Shown piece by piece: positions 26,773-39,204 of a DNA stretch of 64,000 bases. A program made the position numbers and the translations under genes. The DNA lies in the NCBI GenBank assembly GCA_029717555.1, contig JAMDHS010000016.1, positions 1 to 64,000 of the forward strand, written 5' to 3'. Within the stretch, counting starts at the first letter, position 1. The number at the start of each line of letters is the position of its first letter. A model generated the notes under the pieces. That model made no database searches. It was not told where the DNA came from and saw only the letters and a list, made by a program, of their open reading frames with translations. The stretch is from Peribolospora baueri. Its lineage: Eukaryota.

Positions 26773-27093
26773 CTACTTGGGGCCATATCCGTACTGCAAA
26801 CGGCCGGGGGGGCGTCTCTCGGCACAAGCCAACTCTTCTTCTACACCCTGTATGCGACGGATCTTCTCATAGTCATTGAAGTGATGGTCTGCGATCTCTT
26901 ATGAAGGAGGAACACAGGTGCAGCGGTCAGAAGAAGCAAGACCTCATTCATGGAAGGCACAAGCCGTTGGTAGACCAATGATAGATCACTCACTGTATCC
27001 GCCCCAAGCGCCTAGGAAGACCACACCCCAAAACAGAAGCGCACCTTTGGCACGGCCTTGAGGCCCTATGTATCTCAGCAAAGATGCCGCCAT
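26773..27093 (-). CDS. Hypothetical 74-aa single-pass membrane microprotein (2 coding exons)
   Basis: ACCACCATGG start at 27093. Exon 27093-26994, GTGAGT..CTGAC..AAG intron 26993-26898, exon 26897-26773 ending in TAG. A 5'UTR intron lies at 27207-27119. Confidence 0.6.
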
Positions 27094-27730
27094 GGTGGTT
27101 TTTTTGTCCTAGCCGACACTGGGTGAGTAGATGCACAGGTCAGAAGCAAAGGGATCGGATGAATCAGCACCGGGCGCGTTCAGCAGTCAGCGTGCCTCTG
27201 CCCTCACCTGTGTGTCCTCGCCTTCATTTTTCCAGGCCCTCCTGGCCACGGTCGTTTGCACTTGATACATATTTACAGGTGGAGTCTACAGAAGTGAAGG
27301 TCTTACACAGACCTTCCCTACACAGAAGCAGCGCTGGCGCTAGGTGCCGTAAAGCTGAGCTCCTTGGCTCCATCACTAGTCTATCTGGTGTTTCCGTTCA
27401 CCAGATCTTAGTGCCTCGTATTTCCTCGGTTCACAAGTTGCGCTATGAATGAAAAGAGAGAGAAAAGGAGAAAAATGGTTAAGGTAGTCCACGTTCAAAG
27501 ATGAGGCTACGAAGGGGTCATCTGCACGCCACTCTTCATGTTGGAGGCGAACGAACTACTTGAGAAGATGGGCGGCCAAGGCACTGAAGAATCACAGCTT
27601 AAAGAATGCTTAAAATAGGAAAAGAGAGGGGCATGCTTCGCTTCCCCATCTCTAGTCGTCATTGCTCCGAGGGCGGAAAGCTGACGAGCTGATCGATCGG
27701 CCCGGAGGGGCGAGGCTTAGGCTGGCCACA

Positions 27731-27760
27731 GCGCGTAAATGATCGACGCGTCTCGCGCGT
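27731..27760 (+). promoter_or_regulatory. Cluster of MCB-like CGCGT boxes upstream of ELG1
   Basis: GCGCGT at 27731, ACGCGT at 27746 and GCGCGT at 27755. Confidence 0.5.
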
Positions 27761-27894
27761 CTCTTCCTCTTCCACGATCTCCACCCGCCACACTTGATGG
27801 AGCCTACGTACCGTTGATCGTTGTCGTTCGCGCACGCACAGACAACCTGCCCACGGCCCTCAAGGTTGCCGGCGGCTGTCCCGGAGACCCGATA

Positions 27895-30800
27895 ATGGCG
27901 CGACAGACGACCCTCGCCTTCGGCCAATCCCCTCTCCCTTCACCCGCTGCGTCGACTCTCAGCAGCGACAACGCCGGCACCCGGGGCCAGACCAAGCCTC
28001 GTCACCCTTTCTTCGCTCCCAGACGCTCAAAGACGCCAGCGATCCAAGGCGAGGGCAGTCCAGCGTCTTCGTCTTCTCAAGGACAGACTGCCACTACCGA
28101 GTCCGAGCCATCTATTCCCATCAAAAAGAGCGCCCACTGTCGCAAGGCTCTCGTTGACGCGGCATGGCCTTCCCGGGAGAGCGTGCATGTCCAGCCAGAG
28201 TCACATGCACCTGTGCCACCACATGGTGACATTTCAACTGGCGGCATGACATGTTCAAGGCCGAGCAAGATCAGGCGCGTAGAGAAGGGAAAAGGTCGTG
28301 CCGTCGAGTCGGACGGTAAACCGGATCCCCTTCTATGCGAGATCGTCGAACATTCCTTTCCCCGTCTCCCCTCTGATACGCCGACCGTGGGCCCTTCAAC
28401 AACGTTGCGCTCTCGCCCCGTGCGCAGACTCTTGTCTCTGGAAGAACTGGCGGCGAAAATTGACAAAGACGTAACGATGCCGCCCGGACCACGGCCCTTC
28501 GCTATTTCACGTGCCCTCGAAGCGGCGATGTCGTCCAAGGCTGCCTCTTCACGCCAGCCGTGCCGGACCTTCTCCGATGCCAACGAGATGTGGACGGAGA
28601 AATGGAAGCCGAGGCGTGCGGACGAGGTGCTCGACAATGAGGACAAAGCTCGCTACCTACGCGACTGGCTCCGCGAACTCGAGATCAAGCCTGCTCAGGT
28701 CGTTGACGCTTCTTCTCAGCGCCAGGATTTCGTCACTGGGAGCTCGAAAGACGGGAACAGGACTCACTCCTCCAAAGGGAGGAAGCGTCAGGTGGTGACG
28801 AAAGTGGAAAAGAAGCAGCGCAAGAAGGCTAGACGCAAGGCGGGCTCGTCTAGGAACGTTTGGATGGGCGCAAGTAGCGACGAGGACGACGGCCTGGCCG
28901 ACTTCATCGTGCCGGACGATTGGTATGAAGAAGACCTGCGCGACGGCGGCAGCGACGCGGCTGTCGAAGGAACGGCTTTCGATGGTGACAGTGCCAACTT
29001 CTTCCGATCGGGCTCGGCGACCTCCTCGCCGAGGAATTCCTCACTATCTGCCGACGTCCCTCCGCTTAGTTCCTCGACCTTTTCCCCCCTCACGAATACG
29101 ATCCTCCTCTGTGGTCCGTTCGGTTCCGGCAAGACGGCTGCCGTGTATGCGTGCGCCGCTGAACTCGGGTATGAGGTGTTCGAGCTTTTCCCAGGAGTGG
29201 GCAAACGGTCGGGCAAAGAGCTCAGCGGAGCCGTGGGTGACATGACGAAGAACCACATTGTCGGTGCGGGCGGCTTGGGTAGTGGCGCCTCCTTCGGGCG
29301 AAGTAGGAAAGCTCCCGCCAAGCCGCTTGCCAAACCGCTCACGTTGTCCAAAGCCGCTGCCGTTCGGAACGGGACTGACCCCGCTCTCGTCCCGCCACCA
29401 GGCGATGTATCGAGGGACAATGTGATTGACGGTCTGGTCAACTTGCAGGGTGAGCAGAAGAATAAGCGGGATGACGGCACGCAAATTCTGGAACAGCGAG
29501 GTCCCGACAAGACCAAAAAGGCGGCCATCGATGTCTTTGCCAAGCTGATGGGTGCGAGGAAGAATAGGGCCACGAAGCCGGATCTAGCTGGAGGTGACTC
29601 ACGTGGCGTGGAGACCCCGCCAGAGTCCGCTGAGCTCATGTCGACGAATGGCAATGCGACGGACACCGATGGCGACTCTTCCGGCCAGCCGCACTCACAC
29701 GACGGCGCCCCGTCACTGCCTCGCGTCACGGACGAGAGGAACGCCAATGGCAGCCGACATCAGTCAACCACGATGACCGCTTCTCCAATCTCGACGCCTG
29801 TTAGGCAGTCGCTCATTCTGCTAGAGGAGGTCGATGTCCTCTTCGAGGAGGACAAGGGTTTCTGGCAAGCGGTCGTCGCACTCATTGCTGAATCGAAGAG
29901 ACCTGTCATCTTGACTTGCAATGGTCCGTAAAAGCGAACGTTCTTTCCCTCCGTCGCTCTCCACGAATACTTACCCGTTCCGTCTTTTCAAACGTACACA
30001 ACGGCAGATTTAAGTCTGGTGCCAGTAGAAGACCTTCCCCTGCAGACAACCTTGTTCTTTGTACCACCGCTTCCTCAAGTCGCAGTGCCATACCTGCAAC
30101 TAGTCGCTCTCGCAGAGGGCCACATACTGTCCGAGCAAGCAGTTGCATTGCTGTACGAGGCGACGGCCTTCGAGCGGCCCACCGCTACCAATCCGACGAG
30201 TCACCCCAACGCCAGCGCTCCCCATCCGGCCTTGTTCCAGCGTGAACTCTCGTTCGACTTGCGCCGGGCTCTCTGCCAACTCCAGTTTTGGTGCCAGTGG
30301 GCGGTAGGTAGCGAGAAGGCGGGCCTGGATTGGCTGCACGTCGGCTCCTCGTCTGCGGAGTCCACAGACGATAAACCACTTTTCGTCTGGAGCGATGGCA
30401 CCTACAACGGCTGGGAAGACGTGGGCCGCCCGAAAGAGCAGGTCGGGAATCTCCTCAATACCCAATTCAGCGCTGTAGTCGAGGCGGTGGAGAGCATGGA
30501 GAGTCACGGAGGTAGTCGGGAACGCCATCTGGGTTTTTGGGAGGCGGCGCTCAATGATCGCGTTGGCACGGGAGGTGAACGGCTTGCGACTGGAGACGGT
30601 TCGTCGGCACTCCGTCAGCTGCGTTCTCTGCAATCGTTCACGGACGCGGTTTCGCATTCTGATGCTTATCTTCGCCGGAGCTTCTCTGGAGCGTTGGAGG
30701 TGGGAAATGCTCACAAACAATGCTTCGAGCGAATTGGAGATGTGCTAATGCCAAGCCTCCCTTTCATCCCGTAGGATCTTGAGCCAGATATTTACGGACC

Positions 30801-31450
30801 GTCGCCAAACGACGAAGTCGTCTCGACTCCATGCTACGCTCTCTACAAACTGTTCAAGCCCAAACCGGCGCTGGAGGCCAACATGCTGGCTTCCTTCGGC
30901 AAGGAAGATGAAGTTTATCTGTCGACCCTTTTGGAGGCAATCCGGACCTTGAGAAACACGTTTCCGGGCGCGGAAGGGGCGTTTGTGAATGAAGCAGGGC
31001 GAGACTTGGACGATTTGGATTATTCAAGGCGAGTCGAACTGTCTGTGTTGCTAAGGGTTGGCTGGGGAGCGCGCCTAAACTCTGTTCTCTATTTTTCATG
31101 GTTCATCCAGGCTCGATCATTCCCACCTCACGTCGGTCTTTCTCGAATCCCTTCGCCCCGCGGTATGGTCCCGACCTCCCCGCATGGAGGCCTTCACAGA
31201 GCACGCTCCGTTCGTCCGCCGCCTGGTCATCGCGGACGACGCGCAAGAGGCTCGCCATCGCATCGCCCAGGAGCAGGCACGATACGTCTTCGCCTTGGGC
31301 GATGCTGACACGATGCTCGGACGGGGCAGGAGGCAGACGCGCAATTCCACTTGGGGGAGCAATCGGTGGGCTATCGATAGGCATTTGCACGCCTTGGACG
31401 AGGAAGCTTTGGAAGCTGTCAGAAAGACCTGCTTCCCCGGAGAAGATTAG
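27895..31450 (+). CDS. ELG1: Elg1/ATAD5-like RFC-like AAA+ ATPase (PCNA unloader), multi-exon
   Basis: Motifs [15 protein letters not shown], Walker A GPFGSGKT followed by [16 protein letters not shown], Walker B LILLEEVD and [10 protein letters not shown]. Start 27895 chosen over 27739. Confidence 0.8.
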
Positions 31451-31706
31451 AAATGGAATGTCGTTGAGCGGTGCGAAGATCTAACGATCGGCAGCGATGG
31501 CAGTGGATCGGGCAACGATATCGAGCCGGTTTCACAACCCCTGTAGCCGGATTTGGTATCTTCTTCCGTAGTCCGGGCTAATAATATCCAGCCACGAGAG
31601 CGGCGATGAGATCTTTCTACAATCCGCGTTGATTCCGATCCGAGCATTCCCTTCCAGCCTGACCTGAACTTGAGAGGCCACCTATGGCTCGCGATACGAG
31701 ACGCGT

Positions 31707-33431
31707 TTACTTGATCTGCACCTCTCTCTCCATCTGAGGTCTGATGCCGATCCCGCCGAGGAGGTTGTTCACCGCCATGTCGGCCATGGTGATCCGCGTC
31801 TCGGTCGTCGCGGAGCCGATGTGCGGGATGAGGACGACTTTGTCTGAAAGAGGAGGCTGGAGGAGGGGGTGGTCCTTTGGGATGTCTGTCCATGGTTTTC
31901 GAAAGGCGGAGAAGGATTGGAGGCGAATTGGAGGAGAAAGTATGAAACCGGAGGAAAGGTTGAATTTTCTCAACCGAGGTTTTACTCGCTCGAGACGAAG
32001 GACTCCGAACTCACTCGGCTCGCCCTCCACGACGTCCAGACCCGCGGCTCCAATCCTCTCCTCGCGAAGGGCCGCAACGAGCGCGTCGGTGTCGATGACA
32101 GGTCCGCGGCCAGTGTTGACTATGACGGCGCTCCGCTTCATGAGCGCGAGCACATCGGCGTTGATTGCGTGCTTGGTGGCGGGCGAGAGAGAGGTCATAA
32201 CAAAAAACACGTCGGCCTTCTTGGCCAGCTGCTTCAGGTCAGGCTCGTTGGCGATCGTAGTCTTGGAGAATGGGGCGGAAGAGCCGGAGACGAGCGGGTG
32301 GAGGAGGGGTGCATAGGAGGAAGTAAAGGGCCGCGGGGAAGAGACGGTGTAAAGGATTTGGGAGGGCCCGAGGGGCAGCAAACGCAAGGCCGTCTTTTGG
32401 GCGATGCGACCGAAGCCGTAGAAGCCGATCGTGGCGCCTGCTATGGAGGGCCCACACAGGGTCTACCCAACGTGGAAAGAGAAGGAGAAAGGGATGAGTT
32501 GACGTTCACGGACACACGACCGCCAAAAAAATTCGTTCACGAGAGGGCTCCAGGCCATGGCCATTTGAGGCCACTTTCCGTCTCTGACAATGTTCAAAGA
32601 CTGGAGGAAGAGAGACAGCGTGAAATAAAATAAAAGGTCAAGTGCCCGCTCACTACGAAGAGCCGTCCACTCACTACGGAGAGCCGTCCAGGCCCGACGT
32701 CGCTTGGCCACCTGTCTCACCTCTCCGATCCGGCGCGTCGCCATTAATGCTAGGCACAGCGTCAGGTCCGCGACGGCGTCGTCGAGCACTTCGGGAGCTA
32801 TTGCGCCGATAAAGAAGGGCATTGGAATTTAGCAAACGGGGACACTGATAACTGTGACTCTTCACATGGGCGAAAAAGGAATAGGATGGCAGCCTGAGAG
32901 CGATATCGCCCTGTTCTAGCACACTCACTATGTCCCACCCTCACGCCCATCTCCTTGGCGGTGGAGAGATCGATGTGATCGTATCCGACGCTATATGTGC
33001 TAACCACCTTGAGCGAAGAGCCAGCGGCACGGAGGAGTTCGCCGTCGATCTTGTCGCTGAAAGCAGTACAGATCAGGCCGGAAGCGCCTTTGACTTGCTC
33101 CAAGAGCCAGTCGCGTGGCGCCGGACGGTCCTCGGTCCAGCAAACAAGGTCAATTCTGCACGGGAAACGACGTTGGTGATAAGGACGTTTCTTAGACGCT
33201 GACGAGCTTTGCGTCGAAGAGATGAGAACGACCATCGGCCGACACTCACGCGCCCTTTTTGGCCTCTTCATTGAGCAGCTCCGTCGGCATCTTCCGGCTC
33301 TGCACCACCTTGGGCCTACCCGCCTGGGCCGACATCAAGCGGGAGAACGGTGGATAGGAGTGAGATGGTTGGGAGGCTGCTCGAAGCGAGTATGAGAGGA
33401 GAGTTCGAGTTGCGAGGGTACGGGCGAACAT
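31707..33431 (-). CDS. D-isomer-specific 2-hydroxyacid dehydrogenase (glyoxylate/hydroxypyruvate reductase-like), multi-exon
   Basis: Motifs LKVVSTYSVGYDHID, GFYGFGRIA, VNTGRGPVID, AGLDVVEGEP and PHIGSAT; mitochondrial-like presequence. Confidence 0.9.
32650..32690. repeat. Imperfect 21-bp tandem duplication within an intron
   Basis: TCACTACG(A/G)AGAGCCGTCCA(C) occurs twice in tandem. Confidence 0.75.
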
Positions 33432-33477
33432 GGATGGAAGGACTTGGTGTACGATGTGCTGGTAGTAAATGGCTTAG

Positions 33478-33510
33478 CGTTGTCGTTGTCGTTGTCGTTG
33501 TCGTCGTCGC
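33478..33510. repeat. (GTTGTC)n/(GTC)n microsatellite
   Basis: Read directly from the sequence. Confidence 0.8.
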
Positions 33511-34830
33511 TGACGATGACTCGCTTGGCTCGGACATCGAACGAGATTGATCCCGCCAGGCCGGCTCCGATAGATAAGTCTACCCGTAAACCGTCTCTCC
33601 TCGAAGCGCAGCGACGATATGATCGTCGTAAGTGGCCAGAGGTTGAGACAGACTGCACCGAAAGCGATCCATCGTGCCGCCTGACCGTCCCAGAGAACAT
33701 TTGGCCATCTCTGTGTCACCAGAAAATCAATGCTGCCCTCAGAGACTTTCAGCCTGTCCATCACGCTCAGGCAGACTTTCAGCGCTCTCGTCAAAAGTGA
33801 TGGGATGGGATTGTCATCGCTCAATTCTACGCTCGTTTTAGCTTTCCCGGTCGCATCCGGCATGGAAACAGCCACGGTGGGAGAAAAGGGGACGAGTGGG
33901 GAGTAAAGAAGAAGACTCGGAGGGACAAGGGAGGGAAGAAGTGCTCCGAGGAACAGATTTCCGCATAACTCCGCGCCATCCCGGTCCGCAGCAACTTTGC
34001 TCTCGAAGCCCAGGCGATGGCAGTGTGACTGAACCCGACGAGCGACGTTAATCTTGGACGGATTAAACGAACGGGGACTGGGACGCCTAGACCGGACCGG
34101 AGAAGGACGTATATATCTCTTACTCTGAATACCTACACCGCGTTTTTGCATGGTGGGCTGGGGACAATGGAAGAGAGAAGAGGGAAGGGCCAAGACTGCA
34201 TTCGCCGACCGAGCGCATCTCGAGACTGGCCGGACATCATAATTGCTGCTGACAAAAACGGCGAGCGGGCGGGCGGGCCAAGAACAGAACTGAGGGAAGG
34301 ACTGAAAGGCTGGATGGATAGATGGATAGATGGTGGGAAGGAGCCAAAGAGCGACAGGAAGGCAGGGTTGGATAGATTGTAAGAAGGAAGGAGGAGGGCT
34401 GGACACAACAAACTGACACGGGAAGGAAAGCGGAAGCGTAGGATAGGGTAGGGAAGGGTATGCTGAGAGTCTCGTCTCGTCATCGGTGGAGCGAGAGGGA
34501 AGGGGGAGGGTGTCTAGAACTAGATACTGTAGGCTGACCAGCGCGTGGAAGCGCGTCCGTGGTCCGTGTGGTGTCGGCCGGGTGTGAAGTACAAAGTCGA
34601 AGGGAGGGGATGAAGTAGGAATGCATCGACGTCGACTTTTGTCCGGCCAGTGGGGTCGGAAGGCGAAATGAATAGGTAGACAGCAGGTGAGGTATGTAAG
34701 AAAAAGATGGGGAAGAACGAGGGAGGGGGCGGAAGAACGAGAAGATGGGAGGAAGAAAGGAAGAAAGCTGGAAGGAGCGAGGAAGTACGACAATGTCCAA
34801 CCTCGCGATCCACCCGCTCGACGGCGTGGC

Positions 34831-36963
34831 TCAAGCGATCACGCAACCCGAGCAGCATCCGCCGCCGTGCTCCTGCTCCTCGGCCTGGAAGCCGGCGATG
34901 CCGCCGCCGGCAGCGGCGCCGGGTCCTGGGCGACCCATGGTTTGCTCCTGGAGAAGGGAAGGAACGGGACGGGCAAGGAGAAAGGACGCGGTAAGGATGA
35001 GCGACAAATGTGACAGATCGCGCGGCGGGGACGAAGGAAGGCGCACCTTGTTGTACCGCCGAATCTCGCGGACCAAGTTGGAGAAGGCCTCGTCGACGTT
35101 GATGCGCTGCTTGGCTGAGGTTTCGATAAATTTGCATCCAAAGTGCTTCGCCAGTTCGCGACCCTCTGCAAAGGTGAAACGATGGATGAAAGGGGGATGA
35201 GAAAAGAGAGCGGGACGAAAACATGGACTGATGGCGACCCACCATGACCGCCGACCTGCCTCTCGTACTCGAGATCGCACTTGTTGGCGACGACGATGAC
35301 GGGGAAGTAGTCCTTGTCCTTGACACGCAAGATCTGCTGGTGGAAGGTGGAGATCTCCTCGAACGAGTTGCGCGAGGTGATCGAATAAACGAGAAGGAAA
35401 CCCTCGCCGGTGCGCATGTATTGCTCGCGCATGGCGCTGAGGAGACGGGGTGCGATCAAGGGTGTTGGCAACTGGTCAGCGACAAGGTCGAAGATTCGCC
35501 CACCAGCATAAAGAGTTGTCGCTTCGTTCCCAACGCCGGAACGAACGACAACCTAGTTCCTCTCCACCCCAAGCCCAGCATCGAAAAACCGGCACGCTCG
35601 AACAAGGCCAGCGGCTAAGCCGAGCAACGCATTCAAACGCACCTATACTCCTCCTGTCCGGCCGTGTCCAAGACGTCGAGCAAGGCTACCTCGTCATCGA
35701 TGACGCACTGCTTGCGGTACGAGTCTGGTGCGTGGGAGCAGAAAGAAAGGGGGGAGAAAGAATAAAGGGTGGGAACGAGCATGTGAGCATGACGGACGAC
35801 GACGCAACGTCGGCTGGAGCACTCCCCGCCCTCTCTCCTTTCGAGCCTCATCCGCGACTGCGATTGTCAAATACGGGCGACTCACCCTCGATGGTAGGGT
35901 CATACTCGTCTACAAAGTGACTTTGTATGAACTGAATGGTCAGGGCGGACTTTCCAACGCCACCACCTCCGACAACGACGAGCTTGTATTCGCGGAGGAA
36001 CTGAGCCTTGTTGGCGGTGGCGTTGTGGGTGGAGGAGGGAGGGATGCCGAAATCGATGCCAATGCCGGTGCCAGTGGCGATGGAGGCGGGAAGGGGCGGG
36101 CCGGCGACGGGAGAGAAGGAGGAGTAGCGGTTGGAGGGTGGAGAGTAGCGGTCGGAAGGCGGGGAGTAGGGGTCGGAGGGCGGGGAGTAGCGGCCAGAGA
36201 GCGAAGGGTAGTGGGCGAAGGGTTGGTTATAGCGGTAGGAAGGGGAAGAGGTGGGAGGTGGCGGCGGGTAGGAAGAATAAGGGGACATGTCAGAAAGGGA
36301 GGGTTGAGAGGGGTTAGGATTAGGATTCGTCGGGAAGGGAGACGATCAGAATTAGCGACGAGATGAGGGCAGGCGATGAGCAATTGATGAGCAAGCGATG
36401 AGGAGACGATGAAGGTCAGGTCGAAGGTCGAGGTGGATCGATGGCGACGGCGGCGGGCGGGTGGGTCGGATCGGAGGATGGTTGATGGTTGGGTGGCGGT
36501 GATGACGTCGTGGTTGTCGTCGCGATGGATGGCAAGGGAGTGCAAGGCAGGAAGGAAGCAAGGCGGGGAAGGAGATGGAGACGGAGAAGAGAAGAGAAGA
36601 GAAGAGAAGCGTTGCGTCGTGATGAGCGATTGACAGACGGACGGACGATCGACGACGCGCAGCCGGACAACGTCGACGACGACGACGACGACGACGATGA
36701 TGATGATGATGACCTTGCGCAGATTCATCCTCCTCCCTTCTCCTCTCCTCTTTCCTCCCCTCCTCCTCCCACAATCCGCTTTCCTTTCCTCCGCCTCCCC
36801 TCTCTCCTTATCGCCCCCGTCCCCTCCCAATCCATCCACCACGTCTACTATCTCCCGTCATGCCTGCCTAACCCACCCATCCATCCCAACCAACCAAAGC
36901 GGCCGCCGACGGACGTCCCTGGACCGGACCACTGGGCACGCCGACGCTCACCTTGTTTGCCAT
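34831..36963 (-). CDS. RAS1: Ras1 small GTPase, multi-exon
   Basis: Exon 1 is ATGGCAAACAAG (MANK, 36963-36952) with a GTGAGC donor. Then [46 protein letters not shown] and the C-terminal CCSGCVIA (CAAX). Confidence 0.95.
36672..36713. repeat. (GAC)n(GAT)n microsatellite in RAS1 intron 1
   Basis: Read directly from the sequence. Confidence 0.85.
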
Positions 36964-37681
36964 GGTGATCCTGATCCGATACGGGGCGCAAGACAGAGAC
37001 GGAGACGGCGATATAGATATAGACGAGCGCAGCGGCTGCAGCTGGAGCGGAGAAGAGGCGGAGGGGCGAGGAGGAGAGAGGGCGGAGAGGGCGGAGGGAG
37101 CGGCGAGGCGAGGCGAGCGATGGCGATGGCGATGAGCTTGCCGACTAGCGAGCTGGCTCGGAGGAGAGGGTCGGAGGAGGAGAAGGAGGATCGGAGGTGG
37201 TATTGAACAACAACGATGATGGCCGTCTTCTTGGAGAGAAGAGGAAGAACGAAAGGGGAAAGAGACGGCACCACTCGCCCGTAGCCCGCCCAGCCCAAGC
37301 CCAGCCCAGCCCAGGCCGGTCCCGCGCTCCTCCTCGCCGTCTCCCGCCGCGCATCACCGCGCATCGCCGCTCCCCCCTCCACTTCTCATCACTATCGGGC
37401 AGACCGGGCAGGCGGATACGATGGATGCTGCGGACAGAGATCGGCTTATGCCGCAGCCGAGAACGCGTCCCGTGTCGTTCGTGTGAAAGGAGGTCCGACA
37501 GAACAAGAACAAGAACAGCGTCGACTCGACGACCTGTACTCGCTCGCTCTCCCTCCAACACCCCACCCGCATTCCTTCTTCCCACCAAACCCCACTGCTT
37601 TCCTTCCCCTCTGCTTCCCATTGCCCGCTCACTTCGGTTACTGCTCCCTCTTCTCTCCAACCTAACCCCTGTCCCACATTT

Positions 37682-37755
37682 TTCGTCTTCGTCTTCGTCT
37701 TCGTCTCCTCGCCCCCGCCCCCGCCCCCGCCCCCGCCCCCGGCCCCGCCCCCGCC
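37682..37755. repeat. (TTCGTC)4 followed by ~7 copies of GCCCCC
   Basis: Read directly; the array abuts the ATG at 37757. Confidence 0.85.
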
Positions 37756-37756
37756 A

Positions 37757-38818
37757 ATGCCAGACCAATTCAGCAAGATCGAGCTGGACGATCGAGACGA
37801 CTTTGAGTTTGTCGTCCAAGCTGTCAAGAATTATGCTCGTGCCCTCGTCCCAGGCCTCACTGGTCCAGATGCTGGCCCCGGCGGAAAGGAGACGACGTGG
37901 ATAAAGGAGGAGGTGGAGAGAGCGATCGAGGATGTGAGTACGACCGTCGAAGAAGCGCAGCGTGACAGTGGAGGCGCTCAACGCGCTCGTCTTTTTCATC
38001 GCCTCCTCTTCGTTGCCCTGTAGTGGACGACGGCCGCCAAGGTGTCCATGCTTCCCAACTTACTCCTCAACGGTCTCGACTACGCTGATACGGACGTGAA
38101 TCGGGAAGCAGGCCAAGGTGGGCTGAACTTCAGACGTGGCGGCTCCTGGTTGGTTTGTCTCCACTTGTATCATGCCCTCACCTTCCTCTTTCCACTTGAC
38201 CTATCCTTCGCACGCATACGGCCCCGACAGAGCTTGAACCCTTCGATGAAGCCCTTTCCCGTCGTCTACAGTCCCTAACCGAAGAGGCGGATCTCTACAC
38301 CGCCCGAGCCATCCATGAACGCAAGACCGTCCCGATGGAGCGTCAACGCGCTTTGCAAAGACGTTTGGAGGTCGAGGAACGTATCGAGGCAAGGAAGCGG
38401 CGGAGGGCGGAGGCGAGGAGGAAAATGCTCGAGGAGACGGCCAAGGAGGAGGAGAAGGGTAGCGCTCGTGAGTTGCTTCTGACCGCTTGCTCGCGAGTTA
38501 ATGCCCTAAATTCCGTCTGTTGCCGTTTTACGCTCTCTTCACAGCCAAGCTCGAGCGCAAGGCACAGGTCGGTAAGGACCTGGCGACGGCGTTGAGCCAT
38601 GTCGACGACCTCAGGATCGTGAGTCCAGCCGAAGGCTCTTTGTCTTTTTGCCTTACGCTTCTTCCCAATAGCCATATGCCTTGCTGGTTTCCTTCACTTC
38701 ACATCCGTTCTCCTCAAACTGACTTGCTTGTTCTGCTCGTCAGGCTCTGCCCGAACGAAGAGCGACCGCCGCAGGGCAACACCGCGTCGTCCAACGCCTC
38801 CGACATCTCCCGCCCTGA
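37757..38818 (+). CDS. NSL1: Kinetochore Mis12-complex subunit Nsl1/Mis14-like, multi-exon
   Basis: KIELDDRDDF...PNLLLNG, then ELEPFDEALSRRLQSL...ERKTVP and a coiled-coil C-terminus; resembles the fungal Nsl1/Mis14 pattern. Confidence 0.65.
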
Positions 38819-39204
38819 ACTCGATTCTCTTCCCTCCTTGCGTCTTTCAATGCTGCCCCTTCGTCTTCCTGTCTCGCTAGCCCCCCTTCCTGTATTATTT
38901 GCGATACCCGATAGCACCTTTCCGTCGCAAGTCGATCTTGTCTTTTTGCGCTACTACGAACTTGCCGTTTGCCCCCATGGAACACGAATCCCAAGGTCCA
39001 TCATCATGTCTGCCGAATAGGTCGGTGTCGTGTGGCCCGCGGGGCCCAAGTCGCCGAGGCGCGGCGCGTCATTGTCGGAGAAGGCCGAGGGCCGATCGGG
39101 ACGAGCGAGACTACTGCCCCGCAATTCCTATCTCTACTCGCTCCTCGCTCCTCCACCTTCACCTCGTTGCTCCTACCACGACACGACAAGCAACCACAGC
39201 AAAG

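Noticed and set aside
27739..27894. Upstream in-frame ATG for ELG1
   Set aside because: It lies inside the CGCG promoter cluster; ATG 27895 is the more plausible start.
33474..34793. 439-aa minus-strand ORF downstream of RAS1
   Set aside because: Produced by CT-rich low-complexity 3'UTR sequence; composition is not protein-like.
36122..36190. CRISPR-like interpretation of the periodic repeats
   Set aside because: These are tandem 21-nt units without unique spacers, in a eukaryotic context with no cas genes.
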